From: Sulfurihydrogenibium sp.
Lineage (GTDB): Bacteria; Aquificota; Aquificia; Aquificales; Hydrogenothermaceae
Direction: 5' to 3'
Assembly (NCBI GenBank): GCA_037442825.1
Contig: JBBIPN010000010.1
Span: 1-29,121, forward strand
DNA: 29,121 nucleotides
The notes beneath the pieces are model-generated. The model was not told the DNA's origin. It saw only the letters and a program-made list of their open reading frames with translations, and did not search any database. Made by a program: the position numbers and the translations under genes. The stretch's first letter is position 1. Each line of letters starts with the position of its first letter. This document shows positions 8,823 to 18,092 of the stretch, piece after piece.

Positions 8823-10148
8823 ATGATAGAAAAAGTACTAAATATAGTAGAAAAAGAGTTAAAAGGTTATACATGGGAAGTTTTTTATGTTAAAAACAAA
8901 AAGATAAAATCTCAATCAAATGACCTAGAGGTAGATAAAGTTTCTATTTCTGATAATGCGGGTTTTTCTGTAAGAGTTTTAAATGGAAAAGCACAAGGGT
9001 TTGCTTATTCTACATCCTTTGAAGATAAAGATATATCAGAATGTATAGAGTATGCAAAACATCTTTCAGAAATCACAACAGAAGATGATGCCAACGATTT
9101 ATTAGATAAGCTTAACCCTTCCGAAAAGTATGAGTACTTTGATGATTTTGCAGTAAATCTTCCTTTCAGTGAAAAGATTAAAAAGTCTGTCGAACTTGAA
9201 TCACTTGTAAGGTCTAAAGATGAAAGAATAAAATCCGTTAGAAGCTCAACATTTATAGAAAATATAGTGGAAACAACTTTAATAAACTCTTATGGATTAG
9301 ATATTAAAGAAAAAGGTACTTTTTATACAGTTATGGTTTCAGCTGTTGCAAGTGAAAATGGTGATAGTCAAATATCATGGAGTTTTGATGGAAAAAGGTT
9401 TATAGCAGATTTAGATTTAGAAAAAGTAGCATCTGAAGCTGTATTTAATGCTGTTTCTCTTTTAAATTCAAAAACCATAAAAACAAAAAATATGACGTTA
9501 CTATTTCCATCACATACTTTTGCAGAACTTCTTGATACATTTTCTTCTGCATTTACTGGAGATTCACTTATAAAAAATAAAACACTCTTTCAAGATAAAG
9601 AAGGACAAAAGATTGCATCAGAAAAAATAACCCTTGTAGATAATGGAAGATTACCGAAAGGATTTAGGACTTCTACATATGACGGAGAAGGTTTTGAAAC
9701 AGGAAAAACAGTTTTAATAGAGAATGGAGTATTTAAAGGATTTTTACATAACAGTTATACGGCAAAAAAACTTAATGTAAAACCTACCGGGAATAGTGTT
9801 AGAGGTGATTTTAGAACTTTACCTACAGTAGGTATCACAAATATTTATATAGAAAATGGTAAAGATGATATTAAAGATTTTCTTGAAAATGTAGATGAAG
9901 TGTTTTACGTTATTGATTTGATGGGGCTACATACAGCAGATCCTATATCAGGTGAATTTTCTTTAGGAGCTTCAGGATTAATATACCATAAAGGAGAGAT
10001 TGTAAAATCTGTAAGAGGTGTTACAATAGCTGGAAATATTATTGATATATTAAAAAATGTTATTCTTGTTGGCAACGATATTAAGTTTTATGCTAATCTT
10101 GGAAGCCCCTCTATAGTTGTTGAGAATATAACAGTAGCTGGAGAATAA
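8823..10148 (+). CDS. pmbA: TldD/PmbA family protein, PmbA/TldE-like
   Basis: GFSVRV..GFAYS, YDGEG, STGN-like PTGNS, SGEFSLG, GVTIAGN; lacks the TldD HExxGH motif. Confidence 0.88.
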   Translation: MIEKVLNIVEKELKGYTWEVFYVKNKKIKSQSNDLEVDKVSISDNAGFSVRVLNGKAQGFAYSTSFEDKDISECIEYAKHLSEITTEDDANDLLDKLNPSEKYEYFDDFAVNLPFSEKIKKSVELESLVRSKDERIKSVRSSTFIENIVETTLINSYGLDIKEKGTFYTVMVSAVASENGDSQISWSFDGKRFIADLDLEKVASEAVFNAVSLLNSKTIKTKNMTLLFPSHTFAELLDTFSSAFTGDSLIKNKTLFQDKEGQKIASEKITLVDNGRLPKGFRTSTYDGEGFETGKTVLIENGVFKGFLHNSYTAKKLNVKPTGNSVRGDFRTLPTVGITNIYIENGKDDIKDFLENVDEVFYVIDLMGLHTADPISGEFSLGASGLIYHKGEIVKSVRGVTIAGNIIDILKNVILVGNDIKFYANLGSPSIVVENITVAGE

Positions 10149-10152
10149 GAAG

Positions 10153-10236
10153 TGCCCAGGGTGGGATTTGAACCCACACGCCCTCTCGGGCACTACCCCC
10201 TCAAGATAGCGCGTCTGCCAGTTTCGCCACCTGGGC
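10153..10236 (-). tRNA. tRNA-Leu(GAG), CCA not encoded
   Basis: GCCCAGG TGGCGAAACTGGCAGACGCG CTATC TT-GAG-GG GGTAG, long variable arm, GTGGG TTCAAAT CCCAC CCTGGGC A; followed by CTT, not CCA. Confidence 0.97.
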
Positions 10237-10251
10237 AAATAAAGCATAATT

Positions 10252-10279
10252 ATTATATCACAGAGAGGGAAAATTGCAA
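10252..10279 (-). promoter_or_regulatory. tRNA-Leu promoter
   Basis: Minus strand TTGCAA (10279-10274), 16 nt, TATAAT (10257-10252) with extended TGn; 15 nt upstream of the mature 5' end. Confidence 0.75.
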
Positions 10280-12823
10280 GTAGTATTACTTCAAGAAGGT
10301 GCCGATTTAGATGAATTATCTTCAGCTTATGGAATAACATTAATCTATCAAAATTTTAAAATTGTTCTACCAAACTCTTTAGAATCAAAAGTTTTAAAAA
10401 CTATCAATCTCTTTAAAGAAAAATTTAAAGACAAAGTAATAAAAAAAGCTGATTTAAATATATCAGAAGTATCGGAGGTTATTATTACAGATTATCAAGA
10501 AATACCTTTTAATTTATCAGAAAATGTAAAAGTAACCATTTACGATCATCATCCTAAAAAGTATCAAAGAATTCCTAAAAAAGCAAAAGTTCATTTCTAT
10601 AAAACAGGTTCTATAACGACAGCTATAGTTGAAAAAATCAGAAAGAAAAAGATATCTTTAGATAACCTTGATTCTACCATATTAGCATTGGGAATATATG
10701 AAGATACAGGTGGATTTAAGTATAAAGGAACTACAGTTAGAGATTTAAATGCCTTTAGATTTTTAGTTAAAAAGGGAATAGATTTAGAACTATTTTATAA
10801 AATAATTCAAGACAAATTAGGAGAGGAAGAGTTAGATATTTTAAAAGATATAAATCAAAATGCTGAAATACTACCACATTCAAAATATAAAATTTATATA
10901 TCAATAACTTCAAAAAGAGTAAAAAATGATATAGCAGGACTATTAAAATATATAAAATCTTTTGAAGATGCAGATGCTTTTTTTGTGATTTTAAATAAAA
11001 GAAATAAAAAAACAATAATAGGTAGATCCATTAATGATAATATTGATGTTAACAAAGTTTTAGGTTATTTTGAAGGTGGAGGACATAAATATGCAGCATC
11101 TGCTACAGTTGTAGGTGTTAGTTATGAAGAGATAAAAGACACTATTAGGTTAATACTACAAGATGAAGAACTTCTCTCAAATCTAATAAGAAATGACGTT
11201 CCAATAATTTTGCAAAATACAAAATTTAAAGATTTAGATAAAAAGTATAAATACTTTATTGTTGTCGATAATCAAGGAAAGTATTTAGGTGTATTAAAAG
11301 GTAGATATATACATTTAGCTTTAAAACATGGTTTTGAAAAAGCAGATATCTCTATATTTTTAGAAGATTGGAAAACACTAAACTATAGTGATTTAAGACA
11401 TATAAATATTAGGACATTAATAGAAGAAGATTATGAAATCTTTCCTGTTTTAGATAAAGGTTTTTATTTGGGTTATATACATAAAAGAGATATATTAACT
11501 CAAATATTTAAAGATACTGAAAAAACAAGTATAGCGACTTTAAAATCTAGTCCAAAAATTTATAACGTTTTTAAAAAATTAGAATCATTCTTCCCAAAAT
11601 TTCTTATTGAGAAACTTAAAGAAATAGGTGTTATTGCTGAAAAGTTAGGATATAGAGCATTTATAATAGGTGGAGTAGTTAGAGATATTGTTTTAAATAA
11701 AAAAAATCTTGATATAGATATTATTGTAGAAGGAGATGCTCCAGATTTAATAAAAGAGTTTGTAAAAAAATATAACTATCCTTACCATATTTATAAAGAG
11801 TTTATGACTGGAAACGTTGTTATTGAAAATAGTATAAAGTTAGACTTTTCTACTGCAAGGAAAGAAGAGTACGAATCTCCAGGAGCATATCCAAAAGTTG
11901 AAAAAGCCACCCTATTTGAAGATTTATATAGAAGAGATTTTACTATAAATACTTTAGCTATAGAAATAACACAATCTAACTATGGAAAATTAATAGACTA
12001 TTTTAATTCACTTGTAGATATTAAAGAAAAAAGGATAAGAATCTTACATTCATTTAGTTTTATAGAAGATCCAATTAGGATATTGAGAGCTTTACGGTTT
12101 GCTGGAAGACTTGATTTTAAATTAGAAAAAAACACAGAAAAATTGTTAATTTACTGTGTAGAAAAAAATTTAATAGACTTTGCACCAAAAGGTAGAATAA
12201 ATTTAGAACTTAATTTAACTTTTAATGAAGAAAAAGTTTTAAATATATTAAAACTTTACGACAAATATAAAGTTTTAAATAAAATTTTTCCATTTACACA
12301 TATTGACGGTGAAAAAGAAAGATTACTTCAAAAACTTGCTGATACATTAATACTTTTAAACCAATTAAAACCTTACGATTACCCTAAAAATACAAACTAT
12401 ATTTATATACTACTTTCACATCTACCAACAGAGATTATATATCAAACATTAAAAAAATATCTTTTTGAAAAAGAATCTAAATTTTTAGAAAACTTTATTG
12501 AGGATTATAAACGTTTAAAAGAAACTAAAGATAAATTTGAGACCTATAAAATTTTAAAATCTATAAAAGATGACTATTTGCCTTCTATACTTACATTACT
12601 TGAAGAAAAGCAATATAATATAATAATAGAAATTTTTAAATTTGAGAAAAGTCCATTAATTACAGGAAATGATTTAATTAGTTTAGGTTTAAAGCCATCA
12701 AAGTTATTTAAAACAATAATTGAAGATACTTTAGAAAAACAGTTAAATGGTTTCTTTAAAGATAAAACAGATGCTATAAATTATATAAATGAGAAATATA
12801 TAAAACATTTTAAGGAGAGTTAA
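10274..12823 (+). CDS. A-adding-type tRNA nucleotidyltransferase with N-terminal DHH/DHHA1 and degenerate CBS region
   Basis: TTG start with GAGAGGG RBS; EGADLD, YDHH, GGGHKYAASA (DHH/DHHA1); class II NTase GGVVRD, DIDI, EDLYRRDFTIN, FIEDPIRILRALRF. Architecture matches the long Aquifex A-adding enzyme. Confidence 0.88.
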   Translation: MQVVLLQEGADLDELSSAYGITLIYQNFKIVLPNSLESKVLKTINLFKEKFKDKVIKKADLNISEVSEVIITDYQEIPFNLSENVKVTIYDHHPKKYQRIPKKAKVHFYKTGSITTAIVEKIRKKKISLDNLDSTILALGIYEDTGGFKYKGTTVRDLNAFRFLVKKGIDLELFYKIIQDKLGEEELDILKDINQNAEILPHSKYKIYISITSKRVKNDIAGLLKYIKSFEDADAFFVILNKRNKKTIIGRSINDNIDVNKVLGYFEGGGHKYAASATVVGVSYEEIKDTIRLILQDEELLSNLIRNDVPIILQNTKFKDLDKKYKYFIVVDNQGKYLGVLKGRYIHLALKHGFEKADISIFLEDWKTLNYSDLRHINIRTLIEEDYEIFPVLDKGFYLGYIHKRDILTQIFKDTEKTSIATLKSSPKIYNVFKKLESFFPKFLIEKLKEIGVIAEKLGYRAFIIGGVVRDIVLNKKNLDIDIIVEGDAPDLIKEFVKKYNYPYHIYKEFMTGNVVIENSIKLDFSTARKEEYESPGAYPKVEKATLFEDLYRRDFTINTLAIEITQSNYGKLIDYFNSLVDIKEKRIRILHSFSFIEDPIRILRALRFAGRLDFKLEKNTEKLLIYCVEKNLIDFAPKGRINLELNLTFNEEKVLNILKLYDKYKVLNKIFPFTHIDGEKERLLQKLADTLILLNQLKPYDYPKNTNYIYILLSHLPTEIIYQTLKKYLFEKESKFLENFIEDYKRLKETKDKFETYKILKSIKDDYLPSILTLLEEKQYNIIIEIFKFEKSPLITGNDLISLGLKPSKLFKTIIEDTLEKQLNGFFKDKTDAINYINEKYIKHFKES

Positions 12824-12824
12824 A

Positions 12825-13484
12825 ATGAAAATATTGATTGTTGAAGATAATATTTCACTAAACAACTCAATAAAAGAAGTTTTAGAAATTAACGGATATA
12901 TTGTAGATTCTGCATTTGATGGGAATGAAGCATTAAATTTTGTAGAACATTCTACTTATGATATTATTATTCTTGATTTAATGTTGCCAGATATTGATGG
13001 TTTTAATATCTTAAAATCTATAAGAGAAAAAGGGATAAATACACCAGTTATTATACTGACAGCAAAAGATCAAATTAAAGATAAAGTTAAAGGTTTAGAT
13101 TTAGGAGCTGATGATTATATAACAAAACCTTTTGATGTGGAAGAACTTTTAGCAAGGATAAGAAGTATAGGAAGAAGGATATCTTCTGAAAAGAAAGATG
13201 TTATTGTGATAGATAACCTTGAGATAGATTTAAAAAATAAAGTTGTTAAAAAGAATGGTAATTTCATAGAGTTAACACCAAAACTTTACTGTATTTTAGA
13301 ACAGCTTGTAAGAAATAGGGGAAGAGTAGTCACCTATGAGATTTTATCAAGTAAATGCTGGGAAATAACAGAAGTCCCTACCAGAGAAACAATAAGAACT
13401 AATGTGAAAAATCTTAGAAAACTTATAGATTCTGAAAAGAGAATAATATTAACTGTTGAAGGAGTAGGCTATAGAATTCCTTAA
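12825..13484 (+). CDS. OmpR/PhoB-family response regulator
   Basis: ILIVED, LDLMLP (phospho-Asp), GADDYITKPF, winged-helix end TVEGVGYRI. Confidence 0.95.
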   Translation: MKILIVEDNISLNNSIKEVLEINGYIVDSAFDGNEALNFVEHSTYDIIILDLMLPDIDGFNILKSIREKGINTPVIILTAKDQIKDKVKGLDLGADDYITKPFDVEELLARIRSIGRRISSEKKDVIVIDNLEIDLKNKVVKKNGNFIELTPKLYCILEQLVRNRGRVVTYEILSSKCWEITEVPTRETIRTNVKNLRKLIDSEKRIILTVEGVGYRIP

Positions 13485-14658
13485 ATTCTTTTCTGATGAA
13501 TTTCAAAAAGTTAGATTAAAAATTGTTTTTTTACTTACATTTGTTGCATCAATTATTATTTTTATTTTATCTTATTCTATATATATATCTTATGAGAATC
13601 AAAAGTATGTTGATGTTGAAGATAAAATAAAATCTAAAATAATAGAAATCATTAACAGTATAGAAAATAATAATAATCTAAATGTATACCCTGACGAAAA
13701 TATGTTTCTTTGTACTTACTTTTTAGATAGTAAAGAAAAAAGATGTATTTTTAATTTAAAAACTTTTAACATACAAAAAAGTGTATTTAATTTAGATCAG
13801 ATTAAACTTTTTGAAGGAAAAAGATATGTAAATAACTTTTTTTTATATGGTTATAAGTTTAAAAATAGTAGAAACTATTATTTTATTATAGGATATGATA
13901 TTTCAGCAGTAATAAAAGATTTAAAAAACTTAAAAAAAACAATCTTCTTCTCTAGTTTAACAGTGATAATCTTATCTGGAATTTTGGCATTTTCTGTTTC
14001 TGGTAGGATATTAAATCCTCTTAGAGAGAGGAAAGAAAATTTAGAGCATGTATTAAGTATAGTTTTTCATGATCTTAGAACACCAATTACAGTTATAAAA
14101 ACAAATCTATATATTATGAAAGCAAAAGATTTTAAGAATATTGAAAACAATTTATACCAACTTGAAAAAAATCTTGATTATATACAGAATATACTTAAAA
14201 ATATAGAAGCTTTAAGGTCTTTAGATGTTAAAGAAGTTGAAGATATTAATATAAATGAGCTTATGAAAGATATCTTAGAAAAGCTAAAAGCTAAGATTAA
14301 TGAAAAGTATATCAATGTAAAGATTAGTGAGGAATCTATAATAAATATAAAAGCAAACTATATAGATATGGAAATAATGTTTACAAATTTATTAGAAAAT
14401 GCTATCAAATATAACAAAATACAAGGTATAATAGATATTATTTTTTCAGATAAAACTGTAATTATCAAAAATCAAGGAGACAAAATAAAAGAACCTAGTA
14501 AAATCTTTGATAAATTTTATAGGGAAGATTTAGCTGGAAATATTGAAGGTTTAGGGCTTGGACTTTCAATTGTAAAAAAGATATGTAGTAAGTATGGTTT
14601 TAAGGTAAAGTATGATTATAAAGATAAATTCCATATATTTAAGGTAATGTTAAAATAA
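13471..14658 (+). CDS. Sensor histidine kinase (2 TM); true start upstream of the track start 13702 and uncertain
   Basis: H-box FHDLRTP, N-box NLLENAIKY, FDKFYR, GLGLGLSIV. Frame is open back to TAG 13465-13467 and encodes TM1 (KVRLKIVFLLTFVASIIIFILSYSIYI). Start shown is the ATA codon 6 nt after AAGGAG. Confidence 0.85.
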   Translation: MEFLKFFSDEFQKVRLKIVFLLTFVASIIIFILSYSIYISYENQKYVDVEDKIKSKIIEIINSIENNNNLNVYPDENMFLCTYFLDSKEKRCIFNLKTFNIQKSVFNLDQIKLFEGKRYVNNFFLYGYKFKNSRNYYFIIGYDISAVIKDLKNLKKTIFFSSLTVIILSGILAFSVSGRILNPLRERKENLEHVLSIVFHDLRTPITVIKTNLYIMKAKDFKNIENNLYQLEKNLDYIQNILKNIEALRSLDVKEVEDININELMKDILEKLKAKINEKYINVKISEESIINIKANYIDMEIMFTNLLENAIKYNKIQGIIDIIFSDKTVIIKNQGDKIKEPSKIFDKFYREDLAGNIEGLGLGLSIVKKICSKYGFKVKYDYKDKFHIFKVMLK

Positions 14659-14680
14659 AAAGGGGTCTTTTAACCCCTTT
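14659..14680. terminator. Bidirectional intrinsic terminator
   Basis: AAAGGGGT-CTTTTA-ACCCCTTT hairpin between convergent genes. Confidence 0.8.
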
Positions 14681-14687
14681 ATACAGA

Positions 14688-14891
14688 TCATTTCTCTTTT
14701 GATTCGAATTCTATTACATCTTCTTTACAAACGTACTTCTCTCCACTAATTTTTTGAACTAAAGGATCTACTTTGCATGACAACTCTTCTACCTTTCCTG
14801 TAATTTCTTCTTTTGATCTTTTTACAAAATAGATTACATAAGCCACCATTCCTAAAGTAAAGAGAATCAAAAATACTACATAAGTTTCCAT
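14688..14891 (-). CDS. Small single-TM hypothetical protein (67 aa)
   Basis: AGGAGG RBS; N-terminal hydrophobic helix followed by KRSK; terminator immediately downstream. Confidence 0.8.
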   Translation of the reverse strand: METYVVFLILFTLGMVAYVIYFVKRSKEEITGKVEELSCKVDPLVQKISGEKYVCKEDVIEFESKEK

Positions 14892-14988
14892 GACACATCC
14901 TCCTGAAATAAGTTTTATTATAAAAATAATTTTGTATTTAAAATTTGCAATAATATTTTGTATTTAGAATATAAAAATATAATTATAT

Positions 14989-15615
14989 TTATTCTTCTGT
15001 ATTAAAAGCCCTATCTCCAGCATCACCTATTCCTGGAACAATAAAACCTTTGCTGTTTAGGCCTTCATCAACACTTCCAATATAAAAATTAACATCTTTA
15101 TATTTTTCTAATCTTTTTAATCCATTAGGAGATACTATTACATTTAGAGATATTATTTTTTTAGGATTATACTTTTTAACAACTTCTAGTGCATACTCTA
15201 AAGAGCCACCTGTAGCAACCATAGGGTCTACTATTATAGCAACTTTATTTTCTAAGTTCGGTAATCTTTCATAGTATAAAACACTTTCCAAAGTTTCTTC
15301 ATTTCTTTTAAGTGCTAAAAAACCAACTTTAGCTTCTTGAAGTATTTCTAAGCAACCATCTAACATAGGCAAACCAGCTCTTAAAATTGGAATGATAACA
15401 AAGTTTTCTTCAGCTAAAAATGGAAAATTGCCTTCACCTATAGGAGTTTCTACTTTTTTTAAATAGGTAGTTTCTTTTTCTAAGGCGTATGATAAAAGTA
15501 TTTTTGCTATAGTAGATAGACCTTTTCTAAAATTATGAGGTTTTAAATTTTTATCTCTCAGTTTTGATAATGTGTTTTTTAGAATAGTATTATCTACAAT
15601 GAAAAAATTTTCCAT
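14989..15615 (-). CDS. upp: Uracil phosphoribosyltransferase
   Basis: IPILRAGL, VDPMVATGGS PRPP motif, IVPGIGDAGDR. Confidence 0.96.
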   Translation of the reverse strand: MENFFIVDNTILKNTLSKLRDKNLKPHNFRKGLSTIAKILLSYALEKETTYLKKVETPIGEGNFPFLAEENFVIIPILRAGLPMLDGCLEILQEAKVGFLALKRNEETLESVLYYERLPNLENKVAIIVDPMVATGGSLEYALEVVKKYNPKKIISLNVIVSPNGLKRLEKYKDVNFYIGSVDEGLNSKGFIVPGIGDAGDRAFNTEE

Positions 15616-15630
15616 AAAAAACCTCTTTAA

Positions 15631-15658
15631 TGTATAATTTTAAACATTAAATTATACA
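15631..15658. promoter_or_regulatory. Perfect 10-bp inverted repeat containing two divergent TATAAT boxes
   Basis: TGTATAATTT-N8-AAATTATACA in the 56-bp gap between divergent upp and HDAC genes. Confidence 0.6.
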
Positions 15659-15671
15659 CGAAGGGTAAGAT

Positions 15672-16592
15672 ATGAGAAAGGTTGGATATTTTTATGATGA
15701 TATATATTTAAAACATGATACTGGAGAAAGACATCCAGAATCGCCAGATAGATTAGTGTATATAAATAAATATATTCAACCTTTATCAGATAGATTGATC
15801 TTTTTAAAACCAAGGAGGGTAACAGTTAAAGATCTGTTACTTGTTCACGATACATACTATCCCCAGGAGATAATGGATTTTACATCTGCTGGTGGTGGTT
15901 ATCTTGATCCAGATACACATGTTGGTGTTTTTTCTTATGATGCTGCTTTAACAGCTGTTGGTGCTGGATTGGAAGCTGTAGATAATATAATAAATGGAAA
16001 AATAGATAGAGCTTTCTGTGCTGTTAGACCACCAGGTCATCACGCTGAAAAAGACAAAGCTATGGGTTTTTGTATATTTAATAATATAGCAGTTACCGCA
16101 AGATATGCTCAACAAAAAGGATTTAATAAAGTGTTTATTGTAGATTTTGATGCTCACCATGGAAATGGTACACAAAAGATATTTTATGATGATGATACAG
16201 TATTTTATTTTTCTACCCATGAGTATCCTTTTTATCCAGGAACTGGTTCAAAAGATGAAAAAGGAGTAGGTAAAGGATACGGTTATACTTACAATGTGCC
16301 TCTTCCAGTTGGAAGTGGAGATGATATCTATATAGATATTTACCAAAATACGTTACCAAATCTAGTAAAAGAGTTTAATCCTGATATTCTTTTAGTTTCT
16401 GCAGGTTATGATTTACATAAGGAAGACCCATTAACATACCTTGAAGTTACTACGGAAGGTATTGGGGTTATTGTTGAAAGTATACTAAAATCAGCAGAAA
16501 AACCTTATATATTTATGTTAGAAGGTGGCTATAACTTAAATGCTTTAGGAAAATCTGTTAAGATTACATTAGAAAAGATGCTTGAGGTATAA
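15672..16592 (+). CDS. Histone deacetylase-family Zn-dependent amidohydrolase
   Basis: HPESPDR, RPPGHHA, GFCIFNN, DFDAHHGNGTQ, SAGYD, LEGGY. Confidence 0.95.
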   Translation: MRKVGYFYDDIYLKHDTGERHPESPDRLVYINKYIQPLSDRLIFLKPRRVTVKDLLLVHDTYYPQEIMDFTSAGGGYLDPDTHVGVFSYDAALTAVGAGLEAVDNIINGKIDRAFCAVRPPGHHAEKDKAMGFCIFNNIAVTARYAQQKGFNKVFIVDFDAHHGNGTQKIFYDDDTVFYFSTHEYPFYPGTGSKDEKGVGKGYGYTYNVPLPVGSGDDIYIDIYQNTLPNLVKEFNPDILLVSAGYDLHKEDPLTYLEVTTEGIGVIVESILKSAEKPYIFMLEGGYNLNALGKSVKITLEKMLEV

Positions 16593-18092
16593 ATGAAAAA
16601 GTTAAAAGATTTAATAGATAATGAAATAGTACTACAAGGAAGTTTATATACAGTTATTGAAGGAATAACTGATAATAGTAAAGAAGTTGAAGATAACTAT
16701 GCTTTTTTTGCAGTAAAAGGAACAAAGATTGATGGACATGATTTTATAGTTTCTGCCATAGAAAAAGGAGCAAAATCAATTTTTTTTCAAAATAAAGATG
16801 TTTATGAGAAATTAAAGAATAGATATCCAGATATTACCTTTATAATATCAGAAAATACGAGAAAATCGTCAGCTAAAGTTGCTAATAGATTTTATGATAA
16901 GCCATCTGAAAATTTAAAAGTCATTGCTGTAACTGGAACAAATGGAAAAACAACAACCACCAACCTTTTGAATCAGTACTATACATTAGCAGGTTATAAA
17001 ACTGGTTTAATAGGAACTATAAATTACAGTATAGGAGATGAGATACTAGATAATGGGCATACTACACCAGATCCAGTAAAATGGTTTAAAACATTAAAAA
17101 CAATGAAAGATAAAGGTGCAGATGTTGTAGTGGCTGAAGTTTCCTCTCACGCTGCAGATCAATTTAGAGTTTTTTCAACAAAATTTTCTGGTGGTATATT
17201 TACAAACTTAACCCAAGATCATTTAGATTATCATAAAGATATGGAAAACTACTTTTTAGCTAAAAGAGAAACTTTCAATCAAATCCATCAATTTAATAAA
17301 GATGCTGTCTATAGTATAAACATGGATGATGATTATGGAAAAAGAGTATATAGCTACTTATTAACCAATCTCAAAGTAAAAAGAGAGAATATCATTACGT
17401 ATGGAAGAAATTCAGAAGATTTCACAATATTAGATTATCGTTTAGGTTTATTTGAAACACAGTTTAACTTTTCTTATAAAGGGAAGGTTTATAATGTATA
17501 TACTAAGCTAAGAGGAGTTTTTAATATATATAACCTATCAGCTGTTATTTCTTTTCTTTTGAAAGATAATTTTGATATTGAGTTTTTAATAGAGAACGCA
17601 AAAAATCTTAAACCAGTAAAAGGTAGATTTCAAATTGTAGAAGGTGATGGATTTATTGTTGTTATAGACTATGCCCATACACCAGATGCCATTGAAAATA
17701 TTTTAAAATCTTTATTAGAAATTAAAAAAGGTAAAATAATTACTGTATTTGGAGCTGGTGGTAACAGAGATAAAACAAAAAGACCAATAATGGGAAAGAT
17801 AGCTGAAAAATATTCAGATTTAGTAATTATAACATCAGATAATCCAAGGGATGAAAATCCAGAAGATATTGCTAATGATATCTTTAAAGGGATAAATGAT
17901 GAAAGTAAAGTCTCAGTTATTTTAGATAGAGAAGAAGCTATAAAGCATAGTATTGATATAGCCAAAGAAGATGATATTGTTTTGGTAGCTGGAAAAGGAC
18001 ATGAAAACTATCAGATAATTAAAGACAAGATTTTACATTTTGATGATTTTGAAGTTGTAAACAAATATATAAGAAGGAGTAAGTATGTTTAG
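16593..18092 (+). CDS. murE: UDP-MurNAc-Ala-Glu:meso-DAP ligase
   Basis: VTGTNGKTT, EVSSH, FTNLTQDHLDYH, DYAHTPD, DNPR (DAP specificity), AGKGHE. Confidence 0.97.
   Translation: MKKLKDLIDNEIVLQGSLYTVIEGITDNSKEVEDNYAFFAVKGTKIDGHDFIVSAIEKGAKSIFFQNKDVYEKLKNRYPDITFIISENTRKSSAKVANRFYDKPSENLKVIAVTGTNGKTTTTNLLNQYYTLAGYKTGLIGTINYSIGDEILDNGHTTPDPVKWFKTLKTMKDKGADVVVAEVSSHAADQFRVFSTKFSGGIFTNLTQDHLDYHKDMENYFLAKRETFNQIHQFNKDAVYSINMDDDYGKRVYSYLLTNLKVKRENIITYGRNSEDFTILDYRLGLFETQFNFSYKGKVYNVYTKLRGVFNIYNLSAVISFLLKDNFDIEFLIENAKNLKPVKGRFQIVEGDGFIVVIDYAHTPDAIENILKSLLEIKKGKIITVFGAGGNRDKTKRPIMGKIAEKYSDLVIITSDNPRDENPEDIANDIFKGINDESKVSVILDREEAIKHSIDIAKEDDIVLVAGKGHENYQIIKDKILHFDDFEVVNKYIRRSKYV

Noticed and set aside
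10153..10236. tRNA as an integration site for an island
   Set aside because: No integrase, no duplicated tRNA 3' end seen, and both flanks are housekeeping genes.
10050..10340. Minus-strand 96-aa ORF
   Set aside because: It is a translation through the tRNA-Leu gene.
13476..13486. prfB-like +1 frameshift at CCT-TAA fusing regulator and kinase
   Set aside because: The frames fit, but CCU to CUU re-pairing is poor and the SD-like sequence is too far upstream for the prfB geometry.
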